Assembly: GCA_013239625.1 (NCBI GenBank)
Contig: MU053934.1
Span: 6,962,399-7,026,398 of the forward strand
DNA length: 64,000 nucleotides
Direction: 5' to 3'
From: Lama guanicoe
Taxonomy: Eukaryota
A program made the position numbers and the translations under genes. The notes under the pieces were generated by a model. The model ran no database searches and was not told where the DNA came from. It was given only the letters and a program-made list of their open reading frames with translations. This document shows positions 1 through 14,000 of the stretch, piece by piece; position 1 is the stretch's first letter, and each line of letters opens with the position of its first letter.

Positions 1-112
1 TAGCTTAGCATACACAAGGTCCTGGGTTCAATCCCGGTATCTCTTCTAAAAATAAATAAGTAAGTAAATCTAATTACTTCCCCACAAAAGATAAATAAAT
101 TTAAAAAAAAAA
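1..112 (+). mobile_element. tRNA-derived SINE (camelid-type), cut by window start
   Basis: B-box GGTTCAATCC and tail AAATAAATAA...CTAATTACTTCCCC shared with the copies at 58135 and 63116. Confidence 0.85.
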
Positions 113-1330
113 GTGTATGTTCAGATTTCTACTTTGTCCATGAAGGATTAACCTTAAAAGTTCTGGACTCCCACTTTATGTAATATGTGATAAGTATAAC
201 AGTAACAGCATAAAAAAAGGGAAAGAGAGAACAGAGCCCTAAAAGAGTAATATTTCTATATCTCACAGCAATTAAGTCAATCTGAAACACATTCTGATAA
301 GCTACACATATACTGTAAACCCTTGATGAACCATTAAGAGAGTGAATCAAAACACATAATGGAAAAAATAAAGGAATTAAAATGTTGTATTAGAAAATAT
401 TCATATAATGCAAAAGAAAGCCACATAAAATATAAATGGATTAAATAATCCAGGCAAAAGGCAGAAGTTGTCTGGATTAAAAAAAAAATCCAACTATATG
501 CTATCTATAGAGGACACACTTTAGATTCAAAGATATAAAAAGGCTGAAAGTAAAGGGATGGAAAAAGATATACTACCCAAACAACAACCCTAAGAAAGCT
601 GGAGTGGCTATACTAATAAAAGACAAAATTGACTTCAAAACAAAAATGTTAACTACAGAGAAAGAGGGACATTTTATAATGATAAAAGGGTCAATCCATC
701 AGGAAGAAAACTTATAAATATATATGCAACTAACAACAGAGCCCCAAATATACAAAGCAAAAACGAACAGAATTGAAAGAAGTAAACAAACAATAATAGT
801 TGAAGATTTCAGTACTTCACTTTCAAAAGTAATGGAGAGAACAACCAGGCCGAAGATCAAAAAGAGAAGACTTAAACAGCATTATAAACCAACTAGACCT
901 GACATCTACCCAAAAGCAGCAAAATATTCTCCTTAAACACTCATGAAACAGAAAGGAAATTTGGTAAATTCACAGTTATAGAAATCAAACAAAACAATCC
1001 TAAATAACCAATGGGTCAAAGAAGAAATCACAAAGGAAATTTAAAAATACTTAGAGATGAATGAATAAAGACAACATACCTAAACTTACAAATGCAGCTA
1101 AAGCAGTGCTTAGAGGGAAATATATAGCTGTAAATTAAAAAGAATGAAAAGACAACCTATAGAATGGAAGGAAATATTGGCAAATCAGTTATCTGACACA
1201 TATTTTTACAATATAATTATTTTAAACTCTATTAAAAAGTGTCTGAACAGACATTTCTCCAAGATATACAAATAGCCAATAAGCTCAACACAACATCGTT
1301 AGCTATTAGGGAAATGTACATCAAAACCCC
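113..1330 (+). mobile_element. Old degenerate L1 (ORF2 endonuclease and 3' fragments)
   Basis: Relic motifs KAGVAILIKDKIDFK, HFIMIKGSIHQE, AAKAVLRGKYIA; A-rich with many stops. Confidence 0.85.
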
Positions 1331-1899
1331 ACCCAGTGTGTTTTATTAGTCTCTGCATCTCCACTTCCAGCACAGGGCCCTGGCCCACAGTGTACCCACT
1401 AAACAGAGAAAGAATAAATCAGTGGGCAGAAGGGCACAGCAGACAGAGTTTCTCTCTACAGGCTATCCCGAGATGAATAATATAAACCTGAATTCACTAA
1501 AATAGTTTACTCACGAGGAGCAGGGCTCACCCAGGTACCAACATTTAGACAACTTCAGGACTTTGAGGCACCCGTGTCCTAGTGGTAAGCAGGTCAACAA
1601 CTGGAAGGTGGAGGCTACAGCTCTTGGCTTTCCTGGCAAGGTCTCTTATGAGGACCATCCATGGAGAAGTGGTGTTTCTATGTTAGCTAAACTAAGTGCT
1701 AAGGCTGGGTGAAAACCCAGGGCCCTGTCAAACAGGGAAGCTTAGCACCACCTGGAGACTACATCCCTGCCTGTTCTTGGTACACAGGAGGCCCCGGAGG
1801 GTTTAACGCACTGAGACGTCCACCACCCATCTCAGAGGAAGGCCTTCTCTGAGCAGTGAGGAGCAGGGAGGTGAGGTGGCTTCTTTCTCCCTGACTTAC

Positions 1900-2029
1900 C
1901 GTCCAGACACCGGTTGTTATACTTCTTATATGCGGTGATGGCATCGTCCTTCTTCACAAAGACCACCTCTGCTACCCCAGGATGGACCAGCCGAGCCCGC
2001 TTCAGGGCTCCACACACACAGAAAAGCTC
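1900..2029 (-). CDS. POLDIP3: POLDIP3 exon 7 (130 nt, RRM)
   Basis: TTTGCAG| ELFCVCGALKRARLVHPG...YNNRCLD(G) |GTAAGT. Confidence 0.96.
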
Positions 2030-5000
2030 CTGCAAAGAACAAGAGGGGTTAGGGTTGGGAGAGAATTCTGGGCAGTCATCCTCCCTGTCTGCCATTCACA
2101 CTCCAGAGAGGGCTCTGGGTTGACTGGAGGCTGTGCTCTGAATGAACAGCCCAGTACCCCAGGTTTCAGGGAAGCTCCATTTTAGGTGGCATTCCTGGGC
2201 CTTCCAACAGGCCTCAACATGGGACCAGAGGAGGGGAAGAGCTGTGCTGGCAGTGAGAAACGGGCTTGGCCTTACAAGCCTTGGAGTCCCTATCACTCCA
2301 AATCACCCCATCACAGTCCTCCTGCCTCAGTGCCCGCTTCAACAATGGTCCTAGTTATGGAATATGGAAATTCTCTCAGAGTGCTCTGTCATGAGAATGC
2401 ACATGTAGATTCATCCATGTATCACCTAGGAATCAGAAATACAAATTCTGGAGTTCTATGCAGGGTGACCAACCATCCTGGTCTGGCTGGATTGAGGAGT
2501 TTCTCAGGACATGGGACTTTCAGTGCTATCCAAGAAGAGAGGCCCTAGAGGCCCCAGGATGACAGGTTACCCTAAGTCAGACAGACCTAGGTTTGATCCC
2601 TGGGGTGCTGCCTCAAGTCAGCTGTGTGACCTCAAGCAGGTTATTTAACTTCTCTGAGGGTGAGTGTTCTCTTAAGAAAAGGACTGGTCTAGCCTAACTC
2701 CCAGGGATGTTGAAAGCTCAACTGAAACCATTTCTAAGACAGTGCTTTGTACACATGTGCCACATAATCATTTACTCCAATCCCTCCTCACTGCACAGAC
2801 CAGGAGACTGAGAGAGAGGGAACACAATGTGGAGATGGACTGCAAAGGCTGACTATCACCCAAGCCATTTCTTCACCTGCAACTGCCTTTCACAAGGTTG
2901 TTATGAGGATAAAAGAGAAGATTTATGAGAAGGTTGCTGAAATAATTTGTTCCTAATGATAAAAAGGAAAAAGCTATATATCAGAACCAAGATACAGAAC
3001 AGAATACTAAGTGTCATCCCAATTTTATTACTGTTGTTCTCTTGAAATTACCTATATGGGTAGAAAAGAGATGAGGGCAACTATCACTGACAGTTTACTA
3101 TGAGTAGTGATCATCACAGGTGATTAGTTTTTCACTCCTCTGTAGTTTCTAAGATCCTGCATACAAAGTGCCTTCCAATAGTAAGTATATAAATAATAAT
3201 AGCTACTATTACTATTACTATAGCTATTACTACTTTTATAATCAAGAAAAAATTGTTTTAATTCTTTATAATTTGTCAAGTATTACACAAAGTAGGCTAC
3301 AATTTGCATTCTTGTGTGCACAGTTCACAAAGCAATCACACAGCACTCATGTTTCACAATTAAAACCATTAACAAACATGGTGGCCAGTGTGGGCTGTCA
3401 CAAAACCTATGGCTCAGTTGCAGGTAGAGGCTGGAGTCCAGCTGCATTCATTCTGTGACCTAACAGTTGAGTTAAAAGGATACCTGGATTCTTTAACAGT
3501 TTTTTTAGTGCCTGAATGAAAATGAGGTTGAAAAGAAGTCCTGGCAGCATCTGGGCCACTCTTCACCAGATACCTGGATTAGGTTTTGCCGATAACTGCC
3601 ACAGGGGTGACAGGAAGGACTGGAAGGACAATCCAGGAAGATCAACCACCAGATAATACCAATCCATCTCATTCCTTTTACTTTGGAGTCATCATGAAAA
3701 TCCCTAACGGAGGCAGAAATTCCAAAGACTCTCAGGAAAACATGAACCACTGGATTTTGCACAGTGGGACTAATGGATCCTATGCAAGACAGTCCAGTAT
3801 AATCCTCTGGCCCTGAGATTCAGGCTGGGCACCTTGCCCTGGTTTAGAAGTTGTGAGGAAAAGGGTTAACATAGCTGGTCTGACTGCTATCCTTTGGAAG
3901 GCCTGCTTCCAAGGTTGGCCCTTGGCTGGCATCTGGGAACTTGGATTCTGGGAAGTTTTCCACCCTAAATGATAAGAGGGCTCACTATGCCTAAACCGTG
4001 TGAACAATGTGGTTCATGCTAAATATGTGCTTTCCTTCTGGAGTCTGGAATTTTGGTTTATGCTAGGCAGGGGTGCCTATGTGATCAGTCCCTGATAAAA
4101 ACCCTGGGCACTGAGTCTCCAATGAGCTTCCCTGGTTTCACACATGTCGTCACAACCAATTGTGAGGGGAGTAAAGTGCATCCTGTGTAACTCCACTGGG
4201 AGAGGACTCCAGAAGTTTGCACCTGGTTTCCTCCAGCCTTTGTCCCAAGAGACTTTTCCTTCTGCTGATTCTGCTTTGTATTCTGTAATGAATCTTAGCC
4301 CTGATATGAAACTCTATGCTTAGTCCTGAGTCCTCTTAGAGAATCAGTTAACCTGGGGTTCCTGGGGACCCTTGACACAGAACTGGCTTGAGATTTAAAA
4401 TTCTGGCAGGCCACAGTACTCACAACAATGTCCTCCTCAGTGACTCGAGGGTGCAGATTATTCACGGTCATCTTGGTGCCTTCCAAAGGGCTGAGGACAG
4501 GCTGTCATAGACAAAAGAGAGTTACTGGAAGTCAGAGAACAGCTGTGTGCTCGAACAGCAGAACTCACTTGAGGCAAGGCCCAGGAAGGCCCCATGCCCC
4601 CAACACCTTATGCTAAAGGATGGAACCTCTCAACATTTCCCAAATATGCCAGGCTCTTTGAGACCTGAGCCTCTGCCTGGAATGCCACTCATGTTTCAAG
4701 ACCCACCCAGCTCAGATGGCTCATTCTCCTTAAAGCCTTCCCAGATCTGTCTAGCGGAATCAAACACTCATTCCTCAGCACACTGGGCAGTCCTCTTCTG
4801 GGCATCCCTCTGCTTTATCACAAGGCACAGTGCTCTGTCTGCAGCTCTGTTTTCCCTTTCTGCCTGTGAGCTCCCTGAAAGCAGGAGCCACTGGGCCTTG
4901 GTTTACTCATTTGTAAAATGGAGGTGGCAACACCGACCTCAGAGAGGCACTATGAGGACCAATAGGGTACACAAGGCACACTTCCCACCCAGCACAGGCT

Positions 5001-8000
5001 AACTCTCAGCTGGTGCAGTCCCTTTCTCTTCTTCACCTTCACCTCACCTCAGCAGGCGGCAGCTCTTTGGGGGGCTCCTCCTTGTTCACTAGTGTCCGGG
5101 ACATGTTGGTCAAGGCTTTTGTTCGAACAGAGGAGGGGAGAGCAGGAGCTGTGTATGCATCATTCTGAACCACTTTGGTGAGAGGAAGGGCCTTGGATAC
5201 AGAAAGCTTGGAACCGCTCAGCCCAGCCTAAATAAAGAGGCAGACAAGAATCTGAGAAGCTAGAGACCTGGATGCCTTGGGGGGCTGACAACCCCAACCC
5301 CAAGGCCTCCCACCTCCCTAATTCCATCAGGATTCTAAAGCCAGAAAGGTGCCAGCTGCCAGGGAAGAGGCAGGAAGAGAGGAAAAAAAACAGCCTGCAC
5401 ATGTGCTCATAGAATTCCCAGTGTTGGAAACCCTTGGCAAAAATCTTCCACCTAGTTCTGAATAGGAGTCACAAGCTCACCACACCATTTAGACTTTATT
5501 AAAACAAAAAACTGGGGGCCAGTCAGAGGCCAAAAGCTTAGGGTCAAGTTCATTCCCAGATATGCTTCTACCACAATGGGCAGATCGTCAGCTCTAGGCT
5601 GGCTGGGAATAGGAACTCTCTTAAAAAGGTGCAGACTCCTGGCTTTTTGATCCCTATTCTGGCCTTATAGAGGTACCACGTGTAGTCCTGTCTCCTCAGC
5701 TCCCATACTGTCAGGGACATTCTGGCAGAATCAGCATGTGCAGATTAAGTAGAAGCAGTTCCCTCCCTCTCCTGCTTTCTAACTGGGGATGTGGCCCCTT
5801 GGAAATAAAAAGCAGCGAACTCTCTGATTTTAATGTGTCTGAGGAAAAAGATGCACGAGGCAGAAGTGGCAGATGGTCTTGCTAATTTAGGACAGTGTCT
5901 ACCACACACTGACTCAGGGAGAAAGGAGGAATTCAGCAGCCAGACAGGCAGATTATGGGATAGGGTCAATTTACCAGATTATCCGAATCTAGATGAATCT
6001 AGATTCATGCTGGATCCCACATTTCTGAAGCTGTTTTCTGAGTCTCAAGAGCCAGTATACTGCAGTGGTTAAATAGTTAGCCTGGGAGCTAGACTGCTTA
6101 GGCCTAAATCCTAGATCCACTACTTACAAGCTGAGCAGATTTATTTAACCTCTCCGTGCCTAATTCCTCATCTGTAAAATAGGGGTAATAAGAGTACCCC
6201 TTCTCACAGGGTAGGAAGGAAGGGAAGCCTTAAATGAGTTCATATAAACACTGGGTTTTTTCCAAATAGGGTTAGCCACTAACTGAGCGAGCTGACAGCC
6301 CCCTTGGTAGCAGACCCAAGCACTCTAATTATTGAAAAGGCCAAGCCCCTTTGTAACAAACTGGCATCATTCAGTTTCACACATTACTACTGGTTACCAT
6401 TGGACTTTAAGAGCTTCAGTGGTAACCAGGAAATTGGTCCACACATTCAGTGCCATGACCAAAACTGAGTCTTTGGGCCTCTGAAAGCCAAACAAAAGCA
6501 TTTAGCTTGGGCGCCCACTCACTTCCCTATGTTTAATTTGGCCATATCCACTGAGCGAAGCAGGGCAGACCTCCCTGAGGTTCCCAGATATCATTCTCTT
6601 TCCTTCTCTGTGTGGTATCTCAGCATCCTAGTCCATCAAGCCCACATGCAGGCTGTACCTGAAGCCTTCAGGTAGGGTTCAGTATATTCTTGCTAACACA
6701 CCAAGCAGGGAATCCACTCTTAAGAAGGCCCAGACTTCAGAAAGGGCCAGAACTGCTGGCCGTGGAAGGAAGGGGAACTGGCAGAATGTCCTGCCATAAA
6801 GGAAATAAAATGTGATTCCATCCTCTGGGATCACTCACATTTTCTCTGAAGTGTCTCAAACACAGCAACTGGCAGCTGTAGCCCTGCACTTCACGACCAG
6901 TGGACACCCTGGTTTCAGCATTTATAAAAACCAGGGGTTAGACTAGTTCTGGTTCTGATAATCTTATGACCCAAATGAAATATTTCTGAACTGAAAGGCC
7001 TGACTCTCCACTACCTCTCCCCTGCACCTGATCAGACACCCACAGAATGTAGGAAAAACATAAAATGTCATACCACATGGTGGAGGAAGCTGCCTGAGGC
7101 TGCAAATTTCATCTGTTTACTAGGAATAGGAGCTACAACATCATCATCTTCATCTAGGTCGTATAAATTCTGGAAAAAAGAAAAACAAAAGAAATACAAA
7201 CTAACGTGGCATGTAAGCTCTCAACAGACATTTGCAGCAAGGAGAGGAGGTGAGGGCTGGAGTAGTGAGGAAGAGGGAGAAGTGGGTGCAGGGGGAGTGT
7301 TTAGGGAGACTGGTCTGGAAGACTGCCACCCTGCCCACAAGGACCCAATGAAAGTGCTACAACTCCAGGTACTTCAGAAGCACTCTTCTACAAGTCGACA
7401 ATACCTATCAAGGGTCCCTAAAATGTCTGTTTATATCCTTTGGCTCACAAAGTCTGTTGCAGGCAATCTGGCCTATAGAAATATACCCAAACCCTAGAAA
7501 GAGCTTTATCTACAAAGATGTTCACAGAAGGATTGCTAACAGTGAAAATTACAGGAAAATGGTTGAAATAAACTAGAACATCAACTCAATGAATTATGCA
7601 GTTATTAAAAATGTTTATGATGAATGTGAATCACAGAAAAATGCTTGAGTTTACTAAGTGAAAACAGAACAAAACTAGATAATAACATAATCACAACCAC
7701 AACTATGCATTAAATAAATGTCTCTCTCACACACACTCACACACACACAAATCCCCCAAAATACAGGAAGGAATCAGGGCAGAATTTCAATGGGGGTTGG
7801 CTGTGGACAGCCAGAGCATGAGGACCTTTTTTCCTGCCTTCTTAATCTTTCTCTGTTTTGAAAATTTTCTGTATTAAATAAGCACATACTACTTTCACTT
7901 GGGGGGAAGAAAAGATTTTCAGTTTGCCTCTCTGCCCCTATACAGTCAAGAAGTTTCTTCTTAAAACTCATAAACTGCAAAAAGTCAGTTGTAATCCCTC

Positions 8001-11000
8001 CTTGGGCCAGGCTTATTAATTCACCTTTTAGGCCACATCAAAACACATTAAGTGTACACACACACACACACACACACTCCACCTGTTTGGCCTGGTGGTT
8101 ATTGATGACGTTGATCCTCATTCCAGCAGGATGAGCATGAATTGGTGCCATGATCTTCTGCTGTGGAACCTAGAAACACCCAGTGGTCACAACTCACCCC
8201 ACAGGGCCCATATGCATTCCCTATGAAGAGGAGGTCACTAAACTTAAATTATGGTGGGCATTCAGTTCTGGTCTATGGTAAAAGGCCCTACAGACTGCCT
8301 CATGCCCAGGGCAGGAGAGTGACAGGAAGACTTGTCATCCTGGAGATCACGTGACAGTACACGTGCAGTGCTCAAGGAACCTGGCTTAATAAATGTTCAC
8401 TGTCGCTGCTGTTACTGTCACCAAAGTTGCTGTGAAGATTAAATAATGCTTCCATTCCCTTTGGGGCAGCAGCTATGAAGGTGGCCAGGACACTGCACTA
8501 AGAGCCAGGTCTGACTGGGCTCCTATCCAGGTCCTCCCACTGACTGGCTGTATAGCTTAGGGCACAATTACTCACATCTCTGAGATTTAGACTCTTTTAT
8601 AAAACTGGGGTAATAATCCAGGGTTGCAGCAAGGAACAAATGTCAAGTGCCTGCCACATAGCATGTGCTCAACAAATGTTTTGTCCCCTCCTTTCTCTCC
8701 CCTCTACCACCATCTCACTTGGAAAGGCACTTAATTTCTCTGGACCGCCCCCTGCTCCTTTTCTTTTACATAAAACTGAGATGACACCTTGCCTTCCTCA
8801 TACAGTTACTATACAAACACTTGGGGGAACTGACATTTTGCCTCAACACTCCTGGTCCCTGGTCCCCACCTGAATCTACAGTTGTTACTGGTTTCCAGGA
8901 ATTTATGACAAGAGCCACAACCTACCTGGATGGTTTTAGTGAGCTTCAGAGCAGGGGTCACCGTCCCAATGGGTGGGCTCATGAAGGCAGCAGGGGAATT
9001 CCGCTTCAAGCTGATCTTCTCCCGGGCGTCGGCCACCTGGCGAGGCTTCTGGGGCACTGCGCTCTGCTGTTTGCGGGAGTTCAGCATCTCTCTGGCATCT
9101 TGCACTTTCCCTTTGATCCGGAACCGGGCATCTTTCTGCAAAAGCTTTTCCCGGGCATCTTTGACTCCCAGCTTGAGCCGGGCATCTGAGAGGCCAATTT
9201 TCTGCCGAGCATCAAATCTCTGCTGGAAAGTGGCCGTGCGTGCTGGCTGGCTGAGAAGGCTCTGTTGGATCCCAACACGAGATCGAACACCTCCAACTCC
9301 TGGTCGGGCATTGAGCCTGCAAATGAAAACTGCCGTATTAAGAGGATCTGGATATCAACAGGAGCCTGTAGAAGTAAAGATGTGGTAACACTGGGAACAA
9401 AGGAAGTCCTGGAGAAACCACAAAGCTGCTCCCTGTCTGAGGAAATAATTAAATCAACAGAGACTTCTTTTATGACCCTTAACTTTGCACTGTGAACAGT
9501 ATAAGGAAGGAAGGCCTGGTGGTTTCTATCACTACGTAAGACTGCTTTAAAATAAGAATATCCCCCAAATATCATAACCTACATCTCTGAAGAGCAACTT
9601 CAGTTTCTAAAGTTCTTCCACATATATGCGCTCAATCAGCCCTCTCAGCACCCTGTGAAGTCGGCATTATTATGCACATTTTACAGTGGAGGAAACAGGC
9701 TTAGAGGAGTTAAATGATTAACAACAGCGCCCAGCTGGCCTCTGGCAGCCTCATGCCTCCACTGCATGCAGACACCCCTAGGGGGCTGGGACCAAGAAAG
9801 GCAACACATGGGTCTAGATTGGAGCCAAAGGACTAACAGACTAAGATATAAAGATTTAATAGAAAAAAAAATCCTGTCTGAATAGTTTCTATTCACAACA
9901 CTTCTGACTCGAAATGTGTAGGGTTTTTTCTCACACTAATTCTCCAACTCTCTAGACACCAACTGAGTGTCCTACAGCTCAATTCTGACACTAACTACCT
10001 AGAGTTGTCACAGACTCCACAGGCTGAAGGCTCAGTCCTATGAGACTGCCCTCATTTCAGATGCCAATTTCAAGTCCTGTGCTTCCTGCTCATCTGATTG
10101 ACAGGCTATAAATCAAGGGTTCATAGGATTCTCTTCAAGTTCAATAATTTGCTAGAACAGCTCACAGAACTCAGGAAAACAGTTTACTTAATTACTACCA
10201 GTTATTATAAAGGATACAGCTACTGACACCACATTGTAAAATGATTATAACTCAATAAAAAATGTTAAAAAAAAAAAAGGATACAACTAAAGCACAGTCA
10301 AACCGAAGAGATGCATAAAGCAAGGTATGGGGAAGGGGTGTGGAGTTTCCATGTCCTTTCTTGGCACATGGATGTGTTCACCAACCCAGAATTTCTCCAA
10401 AGTCAATTGTATAGGGGTTTCTGTGGAGGTTCCATTATGTAAGCATGATTGATTAAATCACTGACCACTGATAAGCTCAGTCTCTAGCCCCTGTCTCCCT
10501 CCCTGCAGGTGCAGGGTGCAGGGGGGTAGGATGGAGCTGCAAGTTTCAACAGGCTTATCATACCTGGTCTTTCTGGTGACCAGCCCCGTCCTGAAGCTAT
10601 CTAGGGGCCCATCTTATGAGAACAAAAGATGTTCCTATCACCCTCATCACTCAGGAAATTCCAAAGGTTTCAGAAACTGCCAGGGGAAAAGACCAAATAT
10701 ATATTATCACACTCTGCAACAACAAAAATGTCAAAATCAGAAACTCAGGATTGGAAAGGAATGAAACTCCATTGAACAAGCCCCATTCTCTTCTGTTGGC
10801 CCTTACATGGCTTGAGAGTGAACAGAAGACCCCTTTGAGTACAATTCTGGAAGTCCCTCCTGGGGTCTATGGGCTTCCACCTCATCCCACCTGCCCAGCT
10901 CATCACAAAGCCTCTCCACTGCTGCCATGCAAACACTACTCCCGCGGAAGGCGCACTGCCTGGGGACACAGGTTCCCACGGCAGTGTCTCCTCTTTGGGA

Positions 11001-14000
11001 AATCCTTTCTGATTCTTCTAGGACAGCCCTCCTTTGTGCCTATTATTACATCTGCTCGGGTTATCTTCTCTAACCATCCTGGACTGGGAGGGGAGGGGCC
11101 CAGGGCTTTGTTAGTGTTGCTGAGCCCTGGCTCAGTATCAGAAATGCCTGAAGAGCTTCTTAAAAATACAGCTCTCTAAACCCCAACCCAGAGCTACTGA
11201 GTCCAAAATCTGAAGGCCTGGGCATATGCGTCTTTCACTCCACAGGTGATCCTGCAGAACAGCAGTGTCAAGAATCTCTGGCCTGGAGTTAGAAGGTAAA
11301 ACTGCTGAAAAAGCAAGTTCCTGTGCCATTTCCCACATCACCGCCCAGGCCTCCCAGGAGGCATCCTTCATGGTGGGCAAGCCACTGCATTCTCCTACTG
11401 CCTCTCTTCCTCAACCAGATGGAGTGAGACTGTCCACCAGCACCTCTGCTAAGAGCAAGAGGGTACCCACAGGTAAGTCTGCCTGGTACCAATAAAAGAA
11501 AACCTGAACCTTCACTCATCTTGTTATCCTTAGCATAGTGGAAAAACACTGCACAAGAGCCACATCTAAGGCAGTGATGTGCAGAATCATTTTCTTTGAA
11601 AAATGGCAAATTACCTTAGGATTTAAGTATCTTCCAGTGGGTTTATACAAGAAACAGGTGGAAGAGAGAGTGGAAGGTGTAAGGGGTCATTTACTGATTT
11701 GATCAGATTAGGTTTAAGGTAGGTGGGTGGGTCCATGGGACTGTTTGTCTGTCTCTACTCTATTTTCTCATGTAGAGACTCTGGGAGACTGAGGTGCTAA
11801 GAAAAGCAAGGCTAAAAGGAAGGAGGTGTTTAGGGAGGCCAGTAAGCACAATTAGGGAGAGGGAAACAGCTGTGTGCTGCAGTGTCTATTCCTCCCTGAA
11901 CTGGGGTAACCTAGGCTTTGTAGCCTGCAAAGCAATGGGCAATAATGAGGCTATACTTTGTGGTGACCACAGAAACCAGCAGCTACACTGAGAGGCTGTG
12001 GTATTGGTGGATGGAATAACATGAACTTCATAACAATTCTACTCCCAGGACCAACTGGCAGGTGAGGTGCCCCTGCTGTTTATTTTTTGTTGTTGGTTTC
12101 AACTCCCTACATGTCGATGATGCCCATCAAAGAAAAGCAACAAGCTGTCAGTTCAGACCAAGAGCTACTATTGACGGCCTACTCATAAAATGGGGAAAAA
12201 GATTTTGATCAACATTTACCATCCTCATCCAGGTAAAACCAGTTAATGGAAAGCATTCCAGATGAAATCCTTCACTCATCAAGCACTGGAACCCTCTGAA
12301 GGCAGAGGCTATGGGTACCAAAAAAGAGCATGGCGAGGAACAGGCCTAGAAACAACCGGTGGGGTGCGGGGGAGGGGACATATAGATAACCAAATAATCA
12401 GCATACTCCTGCTCTAGGAGAGGAAGGGCCCAAGTCTGTGGGACTGTGGGAGAGCTGAGAGGTGGCCCAGGGTGTCTGGGAAGAGCCACGTCAAAGGGCA
12501 TCCCAAGCAGATGAAATGTGGCAAGTGTCCCTAGAGCCCACAGCTTGCAGCTTCTTTGCTCTTGCAGCTGGGGTGTGGGGTAGGGGAGGGGGGAGACACT
12601 TAAGCTTTCCCTATTTCCCCACCCTCAAGAGCATTCCTTCACTTCTCCCGTTATCACTTCCACAGCTGAAGGCTCCCTCCTGGAGGGAGGACACTGGACA
12701 AAACTTCTATTAAGGCACTTACCATGTAGCAACACAGTGATTTGTTTACAAGCCAGCACTTCCCACTGGACTAAGAGCTCCCCAGGGATACACCCTACCT
12801 CCCAAAGCCCAAGTCAACACTGCCCCAGGGGAATGACAAAGGCTCAGAGAGCTTTCCGGTCCTGGGCTCCAGCTATGTCAGGGACCCTACAGGGTTCCTA
12901 TCTAACATTCTCCTTTTAGGCCCACAATCTCTGAGATTAGCTGCCATCACTTCCATCTTAGAGAGGAGAAACCAAATCAAAGAGCTAGCGGCATGGCTGG
13001 GACTGGATCCCAGACTCCAGAGTCCATTATAACAGGTCCCAAGCTTCCCTCCTTCCTACTCCAGGCCCAGGAGTTAAGACAGAAGGGATGGCTGCCCTAG
13101 AAGGACTTCTGGAGAAGATGGCCTCTGCAAGGGCAGTCTATCACCCAGCCCTCATCAACTGGCCCAGTACCCTGCTAGGATCCTGGCCAACAATCACTCT
13201 CCCAGCTGAGAGAGGGGCACCCACACAGCCATGGTACAGGGCCACCCTGGCCTTACCCTAAGAGAGGGACCCACAAGGATCTTGCTGGCCCCGAGCTGCA
13301 GGAGCTTCAGGTACTTTAGGAAAGGTCTCCTAGAAGAGAAAGCAGCTGGTCTCCGACTGAGTGGGCATTACAAAGGGAACCAGGATTTTTCTGGTCAAGA
13401 TGGCGGAGTAGCAGGACCATGAGCATGCCTCTCCTTGCGACTACAACAAAACCACAACTGACTGCTAAACAACCATCAAAAAAAAAGATTGGAACCCAGC
13501 TAAAAAAGATATTCAACTGGAAACATAAACAGGGAACTACAGGGGGATTGTCGGAGGGGCATGCTCGGCCCCATACTCCCAAGTGGGCGTTCTACAAGCT
13601 GAGGAATAATTAAGTCACAGAGGCCCTCACACAGGAATGAGAGCTCTGAGCCCCACATCAGGCTCCTCAGCCCAGGGTTCTGGCATTGGAAGGAGGAGAC
13701 CCCAGAACATCTGGTTTTGAAGGCCAGTGGGGCTTAGCTCCAGCAACCCCATGGGACTGTGGGAAACAGACTTCAGTCTCTTGGAAAGCGTACAAAGAAA
13801 CATGTGCACCAGGTCCAAGGACAGAGGCAGTGATTTCATAGGAACCTGGGCCACACCTGCCTGCTGGTTTTGGAAGTTCTCCTGGGAAGGTAGGAGACAG
13901 CTGCGGCTCACCCAGGGGACATAAAAGCTGGTGGCAGACGTTCCGTAAGTGTTCATCTACAGGAGATTTCCTGAAGGCTGAAATCTTGACTGGATCACTA

